This document shows, piece by piece, positions 26,267 through 36,059 of a stretch of 45,302 nucleotides of DNA. Position numbers and translations under genes: made by a program. The stretch is from contig CAKZZK010000047.1 of assembly GCA_937885235.1 (NCBI GenBank), forward strand, positions 1 through 45,302, written 5' to 3'. Within the stretch, counting starts at the first letter, position 1; each line of letters starts with the position of its first letter. The DNA is from an uncultured Treponema sp. Lineage in GTDB: Bacteria > Spirochaetota > Spirochaetia > Treponematales > Treponemataceae. The notes beneath the pieces were generated by a model. It had not been told where the DNA came from, made no database searches, and worked only from the letters and a program-made list of their open reading frames with translations.

Positions 26267-28063
26267 CTACACAATCCCCTCGTAGACCAGCCCCTGCTCG
26301 CCGTCAATCGTCACGGTGAGGTCGTTTTCCAGTATGCGCTGGGCGTCGCGCACGTTCTGGATCCACACGAGGTTCTTGTTCACCAGGGAGAGCTGGTCGG
26401 GGGGAATGTCGCTGCCGCTTTCGGAGACAACGCCGTCCACGACGCGGAGGAGGGGCAAAAGCTCTTCCGTGATGCGCCAGCACACGAGTATGGTGCTGCG
26501 GTTCACGCTCATCTTTTCACGGAATCCGGAGATGTCTTTTGCCTGCACCACGCGGCCGCCCGCCTTTGTTATGGCTGTGTCGTTAAAGCCGAACGCCGTG
26601 CCCCGCGCGAGCACGTTGCCCACGATGAGCACCTTTATGGTGTTTGCCATGAGGGGACTTGAAAGCGGAATGCCCGCGCACATCACTGCCTTGTCGGAAA
26701 GGTGCACCGCGCCGCAGTCCAGCGCGAGCTTGACGGCATTCTGAATCATCATCTCGGAATCTTCCGCCATGCCGCATTTGACGGGGGAGACGCCCCACTG
26801 TATGGTGAGCTGGCGGTAGACCTTTTCGTCCGGCGTGACGGCGATGATTATCTGCTCCGGACGGTAGCTGCCTATCATGCGGGCGGTGTTGCCGTGCAGG
26901 GTGGGGATGATGATTGCCTTTGCCTCTATGTTCCGTGCGAGCTTGTATGCCCCGTGCATGACGGCATGGCCCACTTCGGGGCCGGGGTGATAGGAGGTGT
27001 CCAGCACCTTCATGCGGTTGCGGTATTCATCGGATTCCTCCGTGGTGCGCGTGATGAGCGCCATGGTCTTTACTGCCTCCACGGGGTACTTGCCTCCCGC
27101 TGTTTCGCCTGAGAGCATGACCGCGTCGGTGCCGTCGAATACTGCGTTGGACACGTCGGTGAGCTCGGCGCGGGTGGGGCGGGGGTTCACAATCATGCTG
27201 TCGAGCATCTGCGTGGCGGTAATGACGGGCTTTCCCGCCTGCCGGCAGCAGCGGATAATTGCCTTCTGCACGAGGGGGATTCTCTCTACGGGAAGCTGTA
27301 CGCCGAGGTCTCCGCGGGCTACCATCACGCCGTCAGCTTCCTTGGTGATGGCCTCTATGTTCTTCACTCCCTCTTCGTTTTCTATCTTTGCGATGACGCG
27401 CGCATTTGCACCCACTTCCTTGAGGTAGCTCTTTATCTCCACCACTTCCTCGGCGAAGGAGACGAAGCTTGCTGCCACGAAGTCAACGTCCATCTGTGCG
27501 CCGAAAAGCAAATCTGTCTTGTCCTTTTCGCTCATGATGGGCAGGCCCGCGTGTATGCCCTTGAGGTTTACGTTCTTCTTGCTTGAAATCTTGCCGCTGT
27601 TTGCCGCCGTGCAGATGACTTTGTTCCCCTGCACCGCGGTCACGTCAAGCTCGAGCAGCCCGTCGGCGATGAGCACTTTGTGTCCGGGCAGGAGCTTTGC
27701 CGCGGCTTCTTTCCATGAAAGGGAGATGTGTGCGGGGCTGCTGCCGTCGCTTCCCGTGCAGGGGGAATCGTCAGAGACGAGTTCCACCATATCCCCCGCG
27801 CTGATGGTGATTTCCTTGTTTTCCGGCGTGCAGCCGGTGCGGATTTCTGGTCCCTTGGTGTCCAGCAGGATGCCCACGGGTACGGCAAGCTCTTCCGCCA
27901 CGCGCCGCACGCGCTCCATCGCCTGCCTGTGCCAGTCATAGCTGCCATGGGAAAAATTGAACCGGGCAATGTTCATGCCCGCCTGTATCATGGCCCTGAT
28001 GGTATCATCATTATCGCATGCCGGGCCTATGGAGCATACAATCTTTGTTTTGCGTGTAATCAT
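26267..28063 (-). CDS. pyk: Pyruvate kinase
   Basis: TKIVCSIGP, RFNFSHG, DTKGPEIRTG, AKIEN, VARGDLG, ATQMLDSM, MLSGETA; C-terminal PEP-utilising-like domain. Confidence 0.97.
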   Translation of the reverse strand: MITRKTKIVCSIGPACDNDDTIRAMIQAGMNIARFNFSHGSYDWHRQAMERVRRVAEELAVPVGILLDTKGPEIRTGCTPENKEITISAGDMVELVSDDSPCTGSDGSSPAHISLSWKEAAAKLLPGHKVLIADGLLELDVTAVQGNKVICTAANSGKISSKKNVNLKGIHAGLPIMSEKDKTDLLFGAQMDVDFVAASFVSFAEEVVEIKSYLKEVGANARVIAKIENEEGVKNIEAITKEADGVMVARGDLGVQLPVERIPLVQKAIIRCCRQAGKPVITATQMLDSMIVNPRPTRAELTDVSNAVFDGTDAVMLSGETAGGKYPVEAVKTMALITRTTEESDEYRNRMKVLDTSYHPGPEVGHAVMHGAYKLARNIEAKAIIIPTLHGNTARMIGSYRPEQIIIAVTPDEKVYRQLTIQWGVSPVKCGMAEDSEMMIQNAVKLALDCGAVHLSDKAVMCAGIPLSSPLMANTIKVLIVGNVLARGTAFGFNDTAITKAGGRVVQAKDISGFREKMSVNRSTILVCWRITEELLPLLRVVDGVVSESGSDIPPDQLSLVNKNLVWIQNVRDAQRILENDLTVTIDGEQGLVYEGIV

Positions 28064-28084
28064 ATATCTTTATCAAGTATACTG

Positions 28085-28165
28085 AGTTAGTTTCAAAAGT
28101 CTGCGCCTTTTGAAACTAACTTTTTTAGTCGCTACAAAAGTATTTTATAGTGACTTTTGAAACTA
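28085..28165. repeat. Nested or alternative inverted repeats between the lipoprotein gene and pyk
   Basis: 15-bp stem AGTTAGTTTCAAAAG/CTTTTGAAACTAACT (28085-28121) and a second stem at 28127-28155. CTTTTGAAACTA occurs twice. Confidence 0.75.
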
Positions 28166-29161
28166 TTCGGAAATCAGCTTGCAGACTCCGAAGAAATTCT
28201 TGTTATCTGTATCCACTGCGTAATCAGATCCTTGATTTGTCGACGATATCGAAGTATACGGATATTGTGGGGGCGATACATCATTTTTAGCGGCATCGCT
28301 TGTCCAGCACTTGGTTGCGATTGAGGTATTTTCTGGCATCGTGTAAGTTGTTCCTGCAGGAATGGATGATCCAGTCCATCCTAAGAGTTTCTGCCAGCCT
28401 AAAAGGAATGTTATATATTGGTTTGTTCCTGTAGTGGCACTGCTATCAGCAATGGCAAGAATAAAATTCTTTGAAGGAAGCTCCCATACGCTGCTTGCCG
28501 CGTTTGTTGGGGCGGTGAGCCCGCTTAGTGTGGTAAGCGCATTGGTATGTGATGCCTCTGAATATGCTCCCGTGACGGCGTATTTTGCCCCGTCGAATGC
28601 GAGCGCGATGTAGTTCCCAGAGTCGGTGCTGGTAAAATCAGTCCGTGCAATCCATCCGCCCTCAGCCTTTACGATGTCGCCCGTGGCGATGCCCGAGTAG
28701 TCATAGTGCCCTGCATCCAGAGCTATGGCGAATTCCACGTTGTCGCTGTCCAGAACGATGCTTTTGCTGCCGGAAAACTTCTTGTGTTCCCGGCTCAGCA
28801 CGCTCGCGGTGGCGGCAACCTGTCCGTAGGGTACGTCATAGAAGGAGAAAGTCGCCGTGCTGTCGCCGCCTATCGGCATTTCAAGCGTATTCGTCTCCGA
28901 ATAGCCGTTTTCCCCCGTCAGCGTGACGGAAACTTGGTACAAGGTGTTCGCACCGAACGCCGTCCTCGCCGCGCTTCTGGAAGCCACAGAAGCTGCAGAG
29001 CGCCCGCTGCTCCTGTTCACAGAGATTAGAATACTGTTTTCAGAACTTTCGTGATTTTCATAATTGCCGCTCGTCCCATCAGAGGACGTGCTGTTTGCGC
29101 AGGATATGACAGCCACACAGAAAATCACCCCGATTGCCAGTGTAAAAATCTTTGCCTTCAT
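28163..29161 (-). CDS. Spirochaetal lipoprotein, hypothetical
   Basis: Lipobox VAVIS-C, Ser-rich linker, RSAARTAF. The C-terminal WELPS..CWTS pattern is reminiscent of DUF1566/CLec domains. Confidence 0.75.
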   Translation of the reverse strand: MKAKIFTLAIGVIFCVAVISCANSTSSDGTSGNYENHESSENSILISVNRSSGRSAASVASRSAARTAFGANTLYQVSVTLTGENGYSETNTLEMPIGGDSTATFSFYDVPYGQVAATASVLSREHKKFSGSKSIVLDSDNVEFAIALDAGHYDYSGIATGDIVKAEGGWIARTDFTSTDSGNYIALAFDGAKYAVTGAYSEASHTNALTTLSGLTAPTNAASSVWELPSKNFILAIADSSATTGTNQYITFLLGWQKLLGWTGSSIPAGTTYTMPENTSIATKCWTSDAAKNDVSPPQYPYTSISSTNQGSDYAVDTDNKNFFGVCKLISE

Positions 29162-29279
29162 ATTAGGTACCTCCTACTACCCCAGTTTATTTCATAAAAT
29201 ACAACGTGTAAAGTAGGCAAAAGCCATTATATCTGCTAAAATAAAAAATAAAACCCCATTAGCAAAGGAGGATTTCGCG

Positions 29280-30365
29280 ATGGACGTCGTTGAATACAAA
29301 TGCCCCAACTGCGGGGCGCCGCTGGCGTTTTCTCCGCAGGCACAGCGGCTGAGCTGCGAATACTGCGGCGGCTCGTTCACCATTCAGCAGATGAAGCCGC
29401 ATTACACAACGCTCGATGATGCCGCGGCGGGTGAAGAAGCTCCGGCAAGCCAGAGCAGTGCTGCCGAAGAGGAATTCGCAGAAAACACCAAGCTCTACAC
29501 CTGTACGAGCTGCGGGGCGGAAATCATGGCGGACACGAACCAGACTTCTCTGTTCTGCTGTTACTGCCACAGCCCCGTGGTGCTCTCCGGCAAGATGACG
29601 GGAAAGTTCCGCCCCCAGAAAATCATAGGCTTCAAGATAAGCAGGGAGCAGGCGGTGGAGAAGTTCAAGGAATGGTGCTTCAAGCCCTTCGTTCCCAAGG
29701 ATTTCAAGAGCGACCAGCAGCTGGAAAAAATCACCGGGCTCTACGTGCCGTTCTGGCTTGCTGACTGCGATGTGGACGCCCAGTTTTCCGCCATCGGGAA
29801 AAAAATCCGCAGGTGGAGCAGCGGGAACTACGATTACACGGAAACCAAGGAATACGCCGTGGAACGCCGTGCTTCCATACAGGCAAGCAAGATTCCCGCC
29901 GACGGTTCAAAAAATATAGACGACGACCTTATGGAAGCCATAGAGCCGTTTGAATATGGCGCGCTTGAAGACTTCTCTATGTCCTATCTGAGCGGTTTCT
30001 ATGCCGACAAGTACGATATGGACAAGGACGCGATGTTCCCCCGCATACAGAACCGCCTCAACGAAGCGTGCAAAAAGCTCATCCGTGATTCCATCGGCAG
30101 CTACACAAGCCTTTCCGTAAACGAAGAAAAATACAATGTGCTCAAGTCAGATATCCGTTACGCGCTGCTTCCCGTGTGGTTCATGGCATACAAGTACAAG
30201 GGCAAGCTCTATGAGTTCGTGCTCAACGGGCAGACGGGGAAGATAGCGGGCACGCCGCCCCTTGCGGAAAAGCGGCTCAGCTGGTGCTGCAGGGGACTGT
30301 GGGCGGCATGTTCGGCAGCGTTCTTTGCCGTCATTGCGTTTATAATCAAAGGAGGTATGTTTTGA
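29280..30365 (+). CDS. Double zinc-ribbon membrane-anchored protein
   Basis: CPNC, CEYC, CTSC, CCYC; YVPFWL, MEAIEPF, LLPVWF, NGQTGK; C-terminal TM; AAGGAGG RBS. Confidence 0.85.
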   Translation: MDVVEYKCPNCGAPLAFSPQAQRLSCEYCGGSFTIQQMKPHYTTLDDAAAGEEAPASQSSAAEEEFAENTKLYTCTSCGAEIMADTNQTSLFCCYCHSPVVLSGKMTGKFRPQKIIGFKISREQAVEKFKEWCFKPFVPKDFKSDQQLEKITGLYVPFWLADCDVDAQFSAIGKKIRRWSSGNYDYTETKEYAVERRASIQASKIPADGSKNIDDDLMEAIEPFEYGALEDFSMSYLSGFYADKYDMDKDAMFPRIQNRLNEACKKLIRDSIGSYTSLSVNEEKYNVLKSDIRYALLPVWFMAYKYKGKLYEFVLNGQTGKIAGTPPLAEKRLSWCCRGLWAACSAAFFAVIAFIIKGGMF

Positions 30366-31387
30366 GCGAGGAATTAGTCGTTGCCTCAAGCGAAGACAGG
30401 AAGATAAAGACAAAGAAGTTCCCCGTCGTCATCCACATTCTGCTTGCTGCTGTAATCGCTTTCTTTGTGGGGCAGATACAGATAAATCCGGCAAACGATG
30501 CGCGGGGCTTTGACGGCGATGTTTCCAAGAGCGGTTTCGTTGAGGTTTTTGCTCCATCTGATTCGGAGGGGGAAGCGCTTCCGTATCTCTTCGATGAGGA
30601 GGAAGCCGCGGAGCTTGATGCCGCCGTGCAGTCTATGGCGCGGCATTTGCAGATGAATATCTTCATCTATGCGAGCAGGGTAAGGCGGAGCGATTCCCAG
30701 ACGGAAAGCTTTGCTGATGACAGCTACGACAAGACTTTTGGAAAAGGTACGGACGGCGTGTTCTATTACCTTGACCTTTCGGGGAAGACACCCGCGTATG
30801 ATTATCTGTCTACGAACGGGAGGGCAATCCTGCCGTATGAAAAGGTCAAGGAGAAAATCTTTTCGGAGCTGGACAATTACCTTCCTTCTTCGTCAAACGT
30901 CAAGGCGAACGGATTGGAGCCGTATCATGATAACATCAAGACGGCGATTCGGGCATTCCTGCGCCAGCTGCAACTGTATGGTTCTTCCTTTGAGGGAACG
31001 TTCTCACCCAGTGCGACGGATTACTTCTATCAGCCGAAGACGAAGCGCTATGTGTACTATGCAGGGGACACGCTCTACGTGACGCCCGCACGGCCTCCCG
31101 TGCACCGTATGATTTTGTTCTTTGCTGCGGAAATCGTCGCGCTTATCATTTCGGGGCTTTTTGGTTCTTCCGTCCGCACGAAGTACAAGTTTATCACCAA
31201 GACGGATCCGGGTCTGTACATCGAAGGGGCTTCCACCACTTTCAGCAGGAAGGAGGATACCTTCCTGCGCGAGCATACCGCAAAGCATTACAATCCTCCC
31301 GCTGCACGAAGCAGTGGCGGCGGTGGCGGAGGAGGTGGCGGTGGCGGTGGCGGCGGCACCCACGGCGGTGGCGGACACCACAGGTAG
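30362..31387 (+). CDS. TPM-domain membrane protein with Gly-rich tail
   Basis: The TTG start overlaps the upstream stop (GGAGG RBS). FADDSYD..DGVFYYLD..YLSTNGRA; TM segments; poly-Gly THGGGG end. Confidence 0.8.
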   Translation: MSEELVVASSEDRKIKTKKFPVVIHILLAAVIAFFVGQIQINPANDARGFDGDVSKSGFVEVFAPSDSEGEALPYLFDEEEAAELDAAVQSMARHLQMNIFIYASRVRRSDSQTESFADDSYDKTFGKGTDGVFYYLDLSGKTPAYDYLSTNGRAILPYEKVKEKIFSELDNYLPSSSNVKANGLEPYHDNIKTAIRAFLRQLQLYGSSFEGTFSPSATDYFYQPKTKRYVYYAGDTLYVTPARPPVHRMILFFAAEIVALIISGLFGSSVRTKYKFITKTDPGLYIEGASTTFSRKEDTFLREHTAKHYNPPAARSSGGGGGGGGGGGGGGTHGGGGHHR

Positions 31388-31455
31388 GAATTACCCGCAG
31401 TGGCAGCACAGCGGCTACCGATGGTAAGTTTATTGAATTGTAAGGAGATTTCTGT

Positions 31456-32070
31456 ATGAAAAGATTACGAATGGTAGTAGCGATGGCTGTTGCCCTTGCC
31501 GCGCTTACGGCTTCTGTCTCTGCCGCTAGCAGGGATGACGGCTCTTGGTTTGCTTCAAGCGGCATTGAAGAGTCTGTTTCGGAAAACTTTGAGATGTGGA
31601 CGATGATGGCTGACCCCAAGACCAAGAAGGAGGTTCGCGAGGTCTGCATTCCCGTTTCGTTCACCTTTGATGGGGAAAGTCCTGCCTTTACCGAGGGCTA
31701 CAAGCAGGTGCGCGCCACCTTTAGCTACGGTACCGATGTGGCGGAAGGAAAATATGTGTGCATGGGCTGGTTCAGCGCTTTTGACAGGTACACAGGGCTT
31801 TCTTTTGAAAGCGCAGGTGCAGAACGACTGGGTGTTTCCGTTTCCTACGAATGGTCATCTGAAAAGAAGCTCCGCAGTTCCGTCACCGTCGTTGTCACCT
31901 GCCCTGCGGATTACGACGGAACTATGTTCTACTGCGGCTATGAAGACCTCGCCATCAACGCCGCCTGGCACCAGCTTGACCCGGCAAACAAAAGCTACCG
32001 TATAGACGAGCTTCCCTATTTTGGCTGGCACGGGGACAGGTACTATTTCTTCAGCGGCTCGCCGCGATGA
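31456..32070 (+). CDS. Secreted hypothetical protein
   Basis: AAGGAG RBS and signal peptide ..ASVSA; 204 aa. Confidence 0.75.
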   Translation: MKRLRMVVAMAVALAALTASVSAASRDDGSWFASSGIEESVSENFEMWTMMADPKTKKEVREVCIPVSFTFDGESPAFTEGYKQVRATFSYGTDVAEGKYVCMGWFSAFDRYTGLSFESAGAERLGVSVSYEWSSEKKLRSSVTVVVTCPADYDGTMFYCGYEDLAINAAWHQLDPANKSYRIDELPYFGWHGDRYYFFSGSPR

Positions 32071-32073
32071 AGC

Positions 32074-32421
32074 CTATCGTTCGTTTAATAATTGCTCGAT
32101 GCTCTCAAGCTTCCTTTCGATAGCGGAAAGGCGGGGATTCAGCATATTGACTATAATGGAACAAATCTGCCCTGCGTTGCTAGTTACGGGGCTGGGAGAG
32201 GATGCGCCGCCGAAAAGCTCGGCAGGGCTGACTTTCAGCGTTTCGGCGAGCTTTTCTATGAGCCCTGCCGAAGCGAACTGCGTTCCAGTTTCGATGATTG
32301 AAAGATGCTTCTGGGAAATTTTGAGCTGCTCTGCAAGCTGTTCCTGCGTAAGGCGGGCTTCTTTGCGGTATTTTCGCACATTTGATCCGAGCAGCACGGG
32401 AATGCTTTCCTTCTCGTCCAT
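32074..32421 (-). CDS. XRE-family HTH transcriptional regulator
   Basis: NVRKYRKEARLTQEQLAEQLKISQKHLSIIETG. Confidence 0.9.
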   Translation of the reverse strand: MDEKESIPVLLGSNVRKYRKEARLTQEQLAEQLKISQKHLSIIETGTQFASAGLIEKLAETLKVSPAELFGGASSPSPVTSNAGQICSIIVNMLNPRLSAIERKLESIEQLLNER

Positions 32422-32528
32422 ACCCTCATTATGCCGCCGCTTTCGGCTTTGACCACTTTTGGCAAGGTAATAAAATCCGTTTTATTGGTATATTCTAACC
32501 TACAGCTCTCCCCGACAGGGGGAGAATA

Positions 32529-33566
32529 TTACCAATGGGATAGCGTTATCACCTGCTTCTCCGCATCGACAGTCGCCTCCACGCCGAAGGGAATTATGCA
32601 GTGGGGCGTCGCATGCCCTATGTTTATATTGCAAACGACCGGAAGGTTCTTGTTCGCCGTCACTTCAACGAGCAGCTTTTTGTATTCGTCAAAATAGATT
32701 TCATCAAAGGGCTTCCCGACGATGATTCCGCTGATTGCGTCGAATACCCCGCTTTCCTTTAATTTGAGGAGCATCTTCTTATATAGCTCAGGCTTGCTTT
32801 GTTCCTCGCTCGATTCCAAGAGCAGGATTTTTCCCTGCCATTCTTCCACAGAAGGAAAGAGGGCATACTTCCTGCACAGGTCAACGGTGTCGCTGTATCT
32901 CGTATTGTCAAAGATATCGTATATGCTTTCTATGCAGCCGCCGAGTATCTTCCCGGAAAACACAGGCTTTCCCTGCAAGAGCTCGAATCCCTGATTGCGA
33001 TGATGTATCCGTTTTACACCAATCTGGCTTTCGTCAAAGGCTTTCCGTTCGGAATACCACCATTCGCTCGGGCGGATTTCCTTTATCATCCCCGTCTGAA
33101 TGAGTTCTTCAAAATACTGCCGTGAATACGGAAGCATCTCATCTTCAAGCTCGCAGATGTCAGTAAGGAATGCCTGTCCGTAAAAGGTGTTCAGTCCGGC
33201 TTTGTAGAACATAAAATGATTTATCGTCGAGTCGGAATAGCCGAGGAAAATCTTCTTGTTGTTCTTGACGGCTTCCTGCAGTGCATTGTTTTCAAAAAGA
33301 TAAGGAAGAAGGCGGTACGTGTCGTCCCCGCCGATTGCGCACAAAATCATATCGATTGATTTGTCATTCAGCGCGTCCAGCAAATCCTGTGCGCGTGCTT
33401 GCGGATTTTTTTCGAGGTAGCTCATTCCCTTGAGGGCATTCGCCGTCGTAACGACTTCGATTCCATAGTCTTTCAGGCGTTTCATCCCGATTTTGACTTC
33501 GTGCTGAACAAATGCTTCCCCAAGCAAGCCCCTCGAAAGGCTGACAAGCGCAATTTTTCTTACCAA
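32529..33566 (-). CDS. S66 family LD-carboxypeptidase (MccF-like)
   Basis: CAIGGDD, GYSD (Ser), GKILGGC, LLLES (Glu), IGH (His). Confidence 0.92.
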   Translation of the reverse strand: MVRKIALVSLSRGLLGEAFVQHEVKIGMKRLKDYGIEVVTTANALKGMSYLEKNPQARAQDLLDALNDKSIDMILCAIGGDDTYRLLPYLFENNALQEAVKNNKKIFLGYSDSTINHFMFYKAGLNTFYGQAFLTDICELEDEMLPYSRQYFEELIQTGMIKEIRPSEWWYSERKAFDESQIGVKRIHHRNQGFELLQGKPVFSGKILGGCIESIYDIFDNTRYSDTVDLCRKYALFPSVEEWQGKILLLESSEEQSKPELYKKMLLKLKESGVFDAISGIIVGKPFDEIYFDEYKKLLVEVTANKNLPVVCNINIGHATPHCIIPFGVEATVDAEKQVITLSHW

Positions 33567-33719
33567 TTATTTTCTCCTGCCTGAGGGCACATCATAGCAC
33601 GGAGCGGTGAAAAAATCCAGCGAATTTGCACATTATCACCATTTTTGCTTGCAATTTCCTGCTTAATGGTATAAAATTATTACTAATAAACAGGTTATTC
33701 TGGCGTTAGGAGGCTCCGT

Positions 33720-34515
33720 ATGACTTTGCGCACTGCTGCTGTCTTAGGTTTATTCTTTCTCTCTGTAACGATGGCACACGCTGAACTGCGCTACATCGAG
33801 GTTGATTCAATTCAGAATATTCCGTTGATACGGATAAAGTCTCTGGATGATTTTGAGTCAATCCTTAACGAAAACCATATATCCATTGTATTTTTACAAC
33901 GGGGCGAATTATTCGCTATTGTTGGAAGTACCTATTTTGCCTTTCCAATTGGCGACTACAAAAGCATTCAGGACTATCGTATGGGGAGCCGCAGGGGGCT
34001 ACCGGAATGGTGCTGACTTTAATGCGGCAAAAGAGCAAGTGAACGGCAGTCTATTTACTTGTCCTTTGCGTGCAAAATATCCCATTTCTTCCCAGTTTGG
34101 CTGGCGCACTGATCCCTTTGATTCAGCAAAGCGCAGTTACCATGAGGGAATTGATATGATATGTCCGAAAGGAACGAATATCTATGCGGCATTGTCGGGG
34201 AAAGTCATCACTGCGGGGTGGAGCGATATATATGGCAACTATGTAGTCGTGAGCCATCATTCTGGCTATAAAACGCTCTATGGTCATTTGAGCAAGATTT
34301 CTGTGAAAGCGGGGCAGTCGGTGACAACAGCGACAAAGCTCGGAGAAGCTGGCAGCACAGGCATAAGTCGTGAGAATCACCTGCATTTTTCCGTATATAA
34401 GAATAATGCTGCGATAAATCCGTTGGAAGTGATGCCACATATTTATGCCGAAGTTCAAGAATCGAGTGTTGACAGCAATGCTTCCGGTTTCTGGCTTGAT
34501 AAACTAGAAGATTAA
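33720..34515 (+). pseudogene. M23 metallopeptidase with signal peptide, split by a +1 frameshift
   Basis: ORF 33720 has the RBS and signal peptide. ORF 33847 has HEGID, YGHL and HLHF. Removing one G from ATGGGGAGCCGCAGGGGGC (33981-33999) joins them. Confidence 0.75.
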
Positions 34516-34542
34516 CAACTACGTCATTTTATGGAGGTAACT

Positions 34543-36036
34543 ATGAAAAAATTTATCGTGCTCTTGTGCTGTGCTATGCTGACTGTTCGTTTGTTTGCTG
34601 CGACGATGGATTCCCGGGTGCGGAATGTGCCGCAGGAGCTTGCGGAGGCGGTTTTTGAACAGCCGAAGGAAAAGCTGCCCGTGCTTGTGCGGACGCTGAT
34701 TTCCGGCGTTTCAGGCGATGCCGCCAAGGTCAAAGTCCTGCACGACTGGATTTGCGACAACATTGCCTATGACACCGACGTGTTCACCGTGGGCGTGTGG
34801 AAACAGGATTACGAGACCGTCTTGAAGAAACGGCGTGCCATCTGTTCCGGATACACGAACTTGATGAACGAGATGTGCCGCCTTGCAAAAGTGGAATCCA
34901 TCGGCATTGAAGGCTATTCCAAAGGCTTTGGCTACCGCGGCTATCTGGAAGAGGAATGTGACCATGCTTGGAATGCCGTGAAGATAGGCGGACGCTGGCA
35001 GCTCATCGACGTGACATGGGATGCGGGCACGGTGGAGTGGACTACCTTTGTGAAACGCTATTCAACGGAATGGCTGAACCTTACGCCCGAGCAGTTCATC
35101 TATTCGCATCTGCCTGAAAAAGACGAGTACCAGTACCTCAGACAGCCACGGACAAAGGAACAGTTCGTTGCCGAGCCATATATTCCCGGCATCTTTTTCC
35201 AGTACGGGCTGTCCCTTGGAAAGGCGGCGCCAGGCTATCGCAATGAAATAGAAGAAGATGCGTCCTATGAGCTGAAGCTTGCAAAGAGCAACATCCTCAT
35301 CCTGAGCGACCTTGTCGACAAGGATACTGGGGAATTTATCCGCAACGCCACATGGGCGGAGCGGACGGGAAACGCAGTGCGCGCTACCTTCGCTGTCCCT
35401 GACATGGGAAAATATCAGGGGCGCTTTCTTGCGAAGAACCGCGGCGAGGGCAAAAATCCTTTCTTCTTTTCCATAGCGGAATTTGAGCAGGATTTGCTTC
35501 CCCGTGTGCAGGGCTTGCTTGATGAAAAGAAAATCACGCAGAAGGAAGCGGATTTCTTTGAGCCGTCGTATTTCAAGGTGGAGGAAAACGGGCGCTATTA
35601 CTTCGCCGAAGACTTGTTCGACCGCCCCCGCAATGTCGCCGTCACAAAGATTCTGACGCTTCTGGAAAAAACACAGCAGTATGAGGAAGTCCTTGCCTTT
35701 GAGCTTGCTGCATCCGGCGACTATGAAGGCTACGGGCGCGGCGTGCTTCACTTCCCCAGTCCTTACGGAGCTTATGAGGAAACGGCAAACACGCACCTTA
35801 TATCCCCCAATTCCGGCGTGCTCGAAGGAGGCGCGGAACAGGAATTTGTCATAGACACAAAGGATTTCAGCTCGCTGGGTGTTGTCATAGACGGCAAGCT
35901 CTCTGTGTTCGCAAAAAATGCCAAGACGGGGCGCTGTACCTTCTCCCTCACCGTGCCATCTGCGGGACGGCTTGTCATCTGCGGCACGAAAAATGGGAAG
36001 AATTACCAGTGGCTGTGGGAATATATTGTGGAATAG
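34543..36036 (+). CDS. Secreted transglutaminase-like domain protein
   Basis: Signal peptide; HDWICDNIAYD; Cys-His-Asp triad in AICSGY, HAWNAV and DVTWD. Confidence 0.88.
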   Translation: MKKFIVLLCCAMLTVRLFAATMDSRVRNVPQELAEAVFEQPKEKLPVLVRTLISGVSGDAAKVKVLHDWICDNIAYDTDVFTVGVWKQDYETVLKKRRAICSGYTNLMNEMCRLAKVESIGIEGYSKGFGYRGYLEEECDHAWNAVKIGGRWQLIDVTWDAGTVEWTTFVKRYSTEWLNLTPEQFIYSHLPEKDEYQYLRQPRTKEQFVAEPYIPGIFFQYGLSLGKAAPGYRNEIEEDASYELKLAKSNILILSDLVDKDTGEFIRNATWAERTGNAVRATFAVPDMGKYQGRFLAKNRGEGKNPFFFSIAEFEQDLLPRVQGLLDEKKITQKEADFFEPSYFKVEENGRYYFAEDLFDRPRNVAVTKILTLLEKTQQYEEVLAFELAASGDYEGYGRGVLHFPSPYGAYEETANTHLISPNSGVLEGGAEQEFVIDTKDFSSLGVVIDGKLSVFAKNAKTGRCTFSLTVPSAGRLVICGTKNGKNYQWLWEYIVE

Positions 36037-36059
36037 AAGAAGAGAAAGGAGTTATTTTT

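Noticed and set aside
31315..31375. GGC/GGT trinucleotide run as a contingency repeat
   Set aside because: It encodes the poly-Gly tail typical of TPM-domain proteins
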